A stretch of 60,826 bases of DNA from an uncultured Spirochaetales bacterium (GTDB lineage Bacteria > Myxococcota_A > UBA9160 > SMWR01): positions 1-60,826 of the forward strand of contig CAZYOL010000004.1 of the NCBI GenBank assembly GCA_964649065.1, in the 5' to 3' direction. Each line of letters begins with the position of its first letter. Positions within the stretch are counted from its first letter, which is position 1. Below the pieces are notes generated by a model that was not told the DNA's origin, searched no databases, and was given only the letters and a program-made list of their open reading frames with translations. The translations under genes and the position numbers were made by a program. Positions 55,194 to 60,826 of the stretch are shown one piece after another.

Positions 55194-56981
55194 TCATTCC
55201 ATCCAGGGGTCGATATCGATCTTGTAGAAGCGGTAGGTCATGCCGCCCATGTCGGTGGAGAGGACGAGCCGGTTGTCCGAGTCGTACTCGGTAAAGGCCC
55301 CGCCGGATCCCCAGCTGATCAAGAGATTCTCGCCTCCGTCCCCATCCGGCACGAACATCAGATATCCAGCGGTGCGCACCAGCCGTTCTGGGTAGGTCCA
55401 TTCCCGCTGGTAGGTCGCGGTCATGGCCTTCGGGTCGAGCTCGTAGGCGACGACGCGGGTATAGGTGTGCCGGGTCTGGATCGGTGCGCCATAGATGATC
55501 GAGCCCTCGCGATACTCCGGCGTTTCGTAATGGCCGTTGTCGAATACGAGCAGCTGGTCACCGCGCATGATCGCGGCGTGAAGCGTGCTGATTCCACCCA
55601 AAGGGTCACCGATATAGGTGAATTGATTCAAGTCGGAAGCCGGGTCGGCCAGGACCCAGTTCACCTCGCCGGAGGGGTACTCGACATTGGCGACGGCGCG
55701 CAGATAGCGAGCGCTGACGAGCAGCTGATCGTTGCCGGGTGCGAATCGGATGCCGTTCGTGTGGAAGTAGTCCCATTCGGCATAGCGATCCTTGGGCAGG
55801 TAGGAGGTCGACTGGTCCGGCGGGAAGTGGTCGATCGAGTCCCATTCGAACACGACCTCTCCCTGGCGGTCGAGCTCCACGAGGTAGGCGCTGGTCACGT
55901 TCGTATCCAGCGTGTCGCCGCTCTTCAGCTCGGTGCCGGCTGGATGAATCCGGTAGAACAGATTCTGGACGGTTTCCCAGGGGGTGACAGCGATATGATG
56001 GCCGTCGTCGAACTGATCGAGATGCCGCGGGATCTCCGTCGGCTCCGATTCTCCCTTGCCTACGATGAAGCTCCGGGTGATGGCCTCGGCAAAGTTGTCG
56101 TCCTTGTCCATCACCATTTCCTTGTAGATGAAGCCGTGCTGCGGCAGCAGCCCCTCGTCCTTGGAGGTGGTGAAGGGCAGGTAGATCGTGCTCGGTGCGT
56201 AGTTGCTGTATTTCAGCGGTGTGCCGAACTTGTCGAGAACGAAGTTCACATAGGGGAGGTACTCCCGGTGCTCGAAGTCGAGGCTCGCGGCCAGGTCTGC
56301 CGCCAGGAAATCGTCGAAGGTCTGCTGCCGGGCCTTCCTCGCGAGTTCCCGGGTGCCCCGGAGGCCATTGATGTACAAGAGCAGGCGCAGCTGCCTGAGC
56401 CTGGAGAAGGTCGGGTTGTTCGGCGCGGCCTGCATGCCGGTGATGATGCCCGGCGCCACGTCGTCCACGGAAGTGATCTGCGTCTTCAGGGGCGGGAAGG
56501 TATGGGGCATGATCAGGATGACGTAATCGGCCCGTCGAGCGCCGTCGGCCGTCCGAGCGGAGACGAGGACTTCACGTCCGTGGTTCCGTGCGTCCAGCTC
56601 GAGCGGATCGGCCGAGGAGTGGGGCTCGCCGTCCACGGTGATGGACGCCACCTCGGGGGCCCAGGACGGCGTCACCATCAATCGATCCGAAGCTCGATAC
56701 GGATACGAGGCATAGCGCCGGATCTTCGGCGAAAAATTGGGGTAGACGTGGACGTCCAGGGACGAGGCTTCGGACAGATTGCCGCCCAGCGTCTGCTCGA
56801 AGCCGAGCTCGAGCAGTAGGTCGGTATCGCCGGGAGAGGTCTGCTCAGCGCTGGTCTTGTACAGATCTGAGGATTGGAAGTCATGCAGGTCCGCCGGGCG
56901 AATGATCTGGCTCGCCGTGATCAAGGCGACAAAGAAGACGACCAAGCCCAGGGCGCCATAGGCAACTACACGAAGGACCAT
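55194..56981 (-). CDS. Arylsulfotransferase (ASST)-like protein with N-terminal TM and cadherin-like beta sandwich
   Basis: DGHH, VVFEWDSIDH, DYFHTNGI...LLVSAR, LHAA, FDNG; FSPKIRRYA sandwich region; visibly lower GC than the core. Confidence 0.75.
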   Translation of the reverse strand: MVLRVVAYGALGLVVFFVALITASQIIRPADLHDFQSSDLYKTSAEQTSPGDTDLLLELGFEQTLGGNLSEASSLDVHVYPNFSPKIRRYASYPYRASDRLMVTPSWAPEVASITVDGEPHSSADPLELDARNHGREVLVSARTADGARRADYVILIMPHTFPPLKTQITSVDDVAPGIITGMQAAPNNPTFSRLRQLRLLLYINGLRGTRELARKARQQTFDDFLAADLAASLDFEHREYLPYVNFVLDKFGTPLKYSNYAPSTIYLPFTTSKDEGLLPQHGFIYKEMVMDKDDNFAEAITRSFIVGKGESEPTEIPRHLDQFDDGHHIAVTPWETVQNLFYRIHPAGTELKSGDTLDTNVTSAYLVELDRQGEVVFEWDSIDHFPPDQSTSYLPKDRYAEWDYFHTNGIRFAPGNDQLLVSARYLRAVANVEYPSGEVNWVLADPASDLNQFTYIGDPLGGISTLHAAIMRGDQLLVFDNGHYETPEYREGSIIYGAPIQTRHTYTRVVAYELDPKAMTATYQREWTYPERLVRTAGYLMFVPDGDGGENLLISWGSGGAFTEYDSDNRLVLSTDMGGMTYRFYKIDIDPWME

Positions 56982-57198
56982 CGTACCCCCTCTCCGGCCG
57001 CCGCAGGCGGCGCTCCGTCCGAGACCCGCTGGGAGACCGCGCCTCCATCGGGGCCCGGAGCGCAGATTCCCCTCGGCGATACCGGATGCTACAGCCAATC
57101 ACCGCTCTGCCGGTCGGCCCGGGCACCTCGCCACGGCCAAGCAGCGCCTCGACTACTCCGTGCGGTCGGCCGTGAGCCGAGACATCCGTCTCTGGAGC

Positions 57199-57369
57199 TC
57201 CCTCGATGTAGGTCTCGAAGTGGATTCCGCCTTGGTTCTCGTTGCGCCAGTTGACCTTGTAGAGCTGTAGATAGGCTCCTCGGTTGTAGATCTCCCAATC
57301 ATCCCCGAACCAACTCGACTGCGTCAGCTTCTTTTCGAGGTTGCGAAAGACGCCTTCTAGGTCCTTCAT
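57199..57369 (-). pseudogene. AT-richer 5' gene fragment
   Basis: GGGAGGGG RBS + MKDLEGVF...GIHFETYIEG (57 aa, protein-like), then abrupt change to shadow-like composition. Confidence 0.45.
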
Positions 57370-57724
57370 GCGGTAACCCCTCCCGGAGCTCGATCTGGCT
57401 GTGGTCCGACCTGTGAAGGGTCGAAAGAGTCGCAGGAGAAGAGGTATCGCGGAGCCCTTCGACTGTCGAGCCGCAGGCTGAGGAAGCGACTCCGGCCGGG
57501 CGAAGGAGCTTCGCCAACAACGAGAGATCGTCGTTGCAAACGACCCGAAGGCCGCGAGCGACTTCGGTCGCGCCACCTTCTCTCGGGCGGGGGTGGAGCA
57601 TCAGCTCGATCACTTCTCGCTGTGATCGGACCTAGAATGAGGGATCGTTCGGCCTATCCGCCGTCGGCGTGTCGAACGCCGGTGCGGCGCCCGCTTCGAC
57701 GACTACGTCGAGGCGAGGCGCAAG

Positions 57725-58021
57725 GTGTGGTCCGGCGACACGGTCGAGCACGAGAGCGAGCAGCTCGCGCCCATGCTCGAGGCGCTCTCCAGGGCGTGCG
57801 CCGCCGTGGGTCGCGACCGGGCCGACGTCGAGATCTCCGCCATGTGGATCCCGGCGATGGGGCTCGACAGCCTGCGCCAGTACGCAGACCGCGGCGTCGG
57901 GCGCCTGATCGTCCCGCTGCAGGCGCTCGGCGGCAACCCGCTGCACGCCCTGGACGGCCTCGCCGACGGCGTCCTCGCCGCTCTGAGCGCGCGCATCGGC
58001 CGATCGGATTGCAGCGCGTGA
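57725..58021 (+). pseudogene. C-terminal fragment of an LLM-class (F420-dependent) oxidoreductase
   Basis: ACAAVGRDRADVEIS...LRQYADRGVGRLIV is typical of LLM C-termini; N-terminal ~200 aa absent. Confidence 0.6.
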
Positions 58022-58108
58022 ACATTGCAGCGCTTCTGCGTCGAGATCGGCGCAGCGACGGGCCACGAGGTCGGGCTCCGGTCTGGATGCGCAGCTACGC
58101 TCGCGCTC

Positions 58109-59641
58109 GTGAATCGGGAGCGCGCATCGGCGGGAACACGGCGACCCCGCATCCTCTTCGTCGGTCTCGATGGCGTGGACAGCTCGGTTCTCGAGGCGGG
58201 CATCGCGGCAGGTCGCTTTCCCGTGCTTGCCGATCTGAAGCGCCGGGGCGCCTGGGGACGACTCGCCGCCCCCCACGGCTTCGGGAACGGCGCGATCTGG
58301 CCGTCGGTGGCCACCGGCGTCTCTCCCGCCCGGCACGGCCGGTATTTCTACCAGCAGGTCCGCCCGGGCTCCTACGGCGCCGCGTCGTTCCCTCCCGAAG
58401 GGCTCGCGGCGACGCCGATCTGGGAGCACCTGAGCGCCGCCGGCGATCGCGTGGCGGTCCTCGATCTCCCGAAGGTGGGACTGCCGCGGGAGATCCGCGG
58501 CGTGGTCGTGACCGACTGGATCTCGCACGGAGGCGTCTACCACGAGCTACGCTCGCAGCCGCTCGAGTTCGCCGAGGAGCTGGCGCGTCGCCACGGCCGG
58601 AACCCGCTCCCCAAGTGCGACCAGCCGGGCCAGCGCGACGCGGCCGAGATGGAGCGCTTCCTCGCGGCGATGGAGCAGCGCGTCGCCCAGCGCGAGCGCG
58701 CCATGCACGAGCTCTGGAAGTCCGGCGACTTCGAACTCATGATCAGCGTCTTCGCCGAGGGGCACTGCACGGGGCACCAGGCCTGGCACCTGCGCGACGA
58801 GAGCCACCCGCAGTACGACCGGGAGATGGCGGGACGCCTCGGGGACGGCGTCGAGCGGATCTACGGCCGCATCGACGCGGCGATCGGGCGCCTCCTCGAA
58901 GGGGTCGGCAGCGACACGGTGGTCGTGTGCTGCTGCATCACGGGCATGGGGCCCAACTACACCGGCAACCAGCTGCTGGACGAGGTGGTGCGCCGGCTGG
59001 AGGGGATCGAGTCGAGCCGTCGCGTCGCGTGGACGCGGGGGGCCAAGCAGGTCGCCAAGCGCTGGCTCCCGCGAGGGCTGCGCCAGCGCGGCCGCCCGCT
59101 TAAGCGGCGCCTGGAGGAGGGGCTCGCGGGCGCCGATCGATCGCGGGCACGCGCGTTCGTGATCCCGCACAACGAGAACGCCGGGGCGATCCGGCTGAAC
59201 GTCGCCGGGCGCGAGCCGCACGGCGTGCTGCGGGCCGACGAGGTGGACGCCCACGTCTCGCTCCTCTCCGAGAAGCTCCTGGCGCTCCGCAACGCCGACA
59301 CGGGAGGGCCCGTCGTGGCGGAGGTCGTCCAGGTCCGCCGGGAGATGGCCGGGGAGCTCCTCGACCACATGCCGGACCTCTTCGTCGTCTGGAGCCAGCG
59401 GGCCCCGATCGACCGCGTGACCTCCGCCGACGTGGGCGAGGTGGAGTACGTGTTCCGCAGCAACCGGACGGGCGGACACAACTCAGACTGCAGCTTCGTC
59501 GCAGTGGGACCGGGCGTCGAGCCCGGCGAGATCCGCGATGCGTCGGTCTACGACCTCGCCCCCACGCTGGCGGCGATCCGCGGCATCGGGCTGCCGCGCG
59601 CGGAAGGCGAGGTCGTGGGTCGTCTCGCCGCCCTTCCCTGA
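58109..59641 (+). CDS. Alkaline phosphatase superfamily (type I phosphodiesterase/nucleotide pyrophosphatase-like) protein
   Basis: VGLDG, WPSVATGVSPARHG, HCTGHQAWH, IRLNVAGREPHG, PDL, RTGGH, DLAPT. Confidence 0.82.
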   Translation: MNRERASAGTRRPRILFVGLDGVDSSVLEAGIAAGRFPVLADLKRRGAWGRLAAPHGFGNGAIWPSVATGVSPARHGRYFYQQVRPGSYGAASFPPEGLAATPIWEHLSAAGDRVAVLDLPKVGLPREIRGVVVTDWISHGGVYHELRSQPLEFAEELARRHGRNPLPKCDQPGQRDAAEMERFLAAMEQRVAQRERAMHELWKSGDFELMISVFAEGHCTGHQAWHLRDESHPQYDREMAGRLGDGVERIYGRIDAAIGRLLEGVGSDTVVVCCCITGMGPNYTGNQLLDEVVRRLEGIESSRRVAWTRGAKQVAKRWLPRGLRQRGRPLKRRLEEGLAGADRSRARAFVIPHNENAGAIRLNVAGREPHGVLRADEVDAHVSLLSEKLLALRNADTGGPVVAEVVQVRREMAGELLDHMPDLFVVWSQRAPIDRVTSADVGEVEYVFRSNRTGGHNSDCSFVAVGPGVEPGEIRDASVYDLAPTLAAIRGIGLPRAEGEVVGRLAALP

Positions 59642-59651
59642 TCCCGCCTTT

Positions 59652-59864
59652 CTATGGCTGCCGGGAACCGATCGCGTCGACCAAGAGCCCTGCGATGCGT
59701 TCGGCCACGCGGTCCCAGGCGGACTCGGACTCGGCCCGCGCCCTGCCCCGGGCACCCATCTGCGCCCGCAGCCCCGGATCCTCCACGAGCCAGGACAGCG
59801 CGTGGACGAGTGCAGCGGGGTCCCCCGGGTCGACCAGGTCTCCGCTCTCGCCGTCCTCGACCAT
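59652..59864 (-). pseudogene. C-terminal fragment of a GT-B (GT4-like) glycosyltransferase
   Basis: VEDGESGDLVDPGDPAAL...LRAQMGARGRARA...WDRVAER; in-frame TAG just upstream. Confidence 0.7.
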
Positions 59865-59930
59865 GTCCGCCCGCCCGTGCTATTTCCGCTGAGGTCGGTC
59901 CTCCCGATCGGCTGCCCCTCTGCAACGCGG

Positions 59931-60347
59931 TCACCGACCTCGAGATTGCAATCTACGTGGGAGTACGACGCCAGCGATCGCGAGCCGGACTTCAGCGCTC
60001 GTCCCCGGAATCGCCAAGCCCGTCGTTCGATCGATCAAGAAACCGAAAGCGTCGTCGTCGGTCCCGCCGAGGGTCTCGCGGAAGTCCAGGGTGAGGAGGT
60101 CGTCGTCGAGGATGCTCGCCGTCGCCCCCAGCGAATTCCGGAGCACCGCGGTGTAGAAGCCGGGATCGAGCTGGAGCGTGACGAAGGGGTCGGGGTCGCT
60201 GGGGCTCTCGATGCCGTCCACGCCGCCGTCGCCGAAGAACTCCGGACTGCCGAAATCCAGTGCGAGCAGATCACCATTCGCATCGAAGACGGTCAGCGCG
60301 ACGTCGATCAGCTGTTGCGTGGCGGCACTGCCGATGAACGTCGGCAT
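59931..60347 (-). pseudogene. Fragment of an exported acidic beta protein with decayed PEP-CTERM-like tail
   Basis: DVALTVFDANGDLLA...DPFVTLQLDPGFYT (PPC/DVUA0089-like); ends IPGTSAEVRLAIAGVVLPRR; no signal peptide. Confidence 0.45.
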
Positions 60348-60544
60348 CCGGGTACTCGACGCGCCACCTCTCGCGCCGCGTCGTCGGGGGCCTCCGATCT
60401 GATCCCGAGCCGCTTCATCTTCTTCTAGAGGCCCACACACCGAAGGAGTCGGGGCCAGGGACCCGGATCTCACGAGGGAGGGCCTCTACAACCCGAGGCC
60501 GTCACAGCCCGGTGATCCCGTCCAGAGCTCCGGGCCGACCCTCG

Positions 60545-60576
60545 GGCTTCGAACCTGGGGGTCGGGGGGTCGAATC
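60545..60576 (+). other. Degenerate tRNA-Arg(TCG) fragment (possible att remnant)
   Basis: GG-CTTCGAA-CCTGG-GGGTC-GGGGG-GTCGAATC = anticodon loop TCG, variable loop and T-arm-like sequence; no D arm or acceptor stem. Confidence 0.55.
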
Positions 60577-60608
60577 GTGGTGCCGCGCCGAGCTCTCGCC
60601 CATCGGCT

Positions 60609-60826
60609 TCAGAGCGCGAGTCTGAGACCCCCCAGGCGGGCAAAGTGACGGAAGTCGTCATCCCGGGTTACCAGGCGTACGCCGTGATCCACGCAGCTCT
60701 GGGCGATGAGGGAGTCCGCCAGACGCGCTCGGCGGCGCCGTGCGATGAGCTTGGCACGCAGGCGTCCTGCACGATCCCAGAAGCCCGGCTCGGGCTCGAG
60801 GAGTGGGAGCTGCAGGAAGAGCGCGG
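60609..60826 (-). CDS. vapC: VapC PIN-domain toxin, 5' part outside the window (absent from the ORF track)
   Basis: Hand translation: ...LPLLEPEPGFWDRAGRLRAKL...LADSLIAQSCVDHGVRLVTRDDDFRHFARLGGLRLAL*. Confidence 0.88.
   Translation of the reverse strand, partial: ALFLQLPLLEPEPGFWDRAGRLRAKLIARRRRARLADSLIAQSCVDHGVRLVTRDDDFRHFARLGGLRLAL

Noticed and set aside
54058-60608. Integron cassette array or IS elements
   Set aside because: No repeated attC-like sites, integrase or transposase were recognisable; genes lie on both strands.

Overview
Very high-GC bacterial chromosome segment. Gene content (DUF1329, AddAB, WS/DGAT, P450) suggests Myxococcota/Deltaproteobacteria, which is an inference. About 50 real CDS are present; most long Arg/Pro/Gly/Ala-rich ORFs in the track are shadow frames. 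The core region (1-53.1 kb) holds a MATE pump, an octaheme cytochrome-HEAT-TPR lipoprotein, an operon with a strikingly eukaryote-like alkyl-DHAP synthase (AGPS), AddAB, an operon built on a Tes/GDGT-MAS(MJ0619)-like radical SAM enzyme (with DUF547, MauE/DoxX and START genes), P450+ferredoxin, glycoside hydrolases, PhoD, a K+ channel, a diguanylate cyclase, a loop-deleted (probably CC-adding) tRNA nucleotidyltransferase, acyltransferases and a HerA-like ATPase. The last ~7.7 kb is a partly lower-GC, decaying accessory region with two VapC loci, an arylsulfotransferase-like gene, several gene fragments and a tRNA-Arg(TCG) remnant. Regulatory patterns read directly from the DNA: four TCAA(G/T)-N15-(G/A)CCGAT sigma28-like promoters, one sigma54 promoter, and about 12 apparently leaderless genes. 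No rRNA, intact tRNA, CRISPR array or transposase was seen. Best candidates for an undescribed system are the Tes-like radical SAM/START operon and the AGPS ether-lipid operon. All family assignments come from motif recognition and recall, not database searches.
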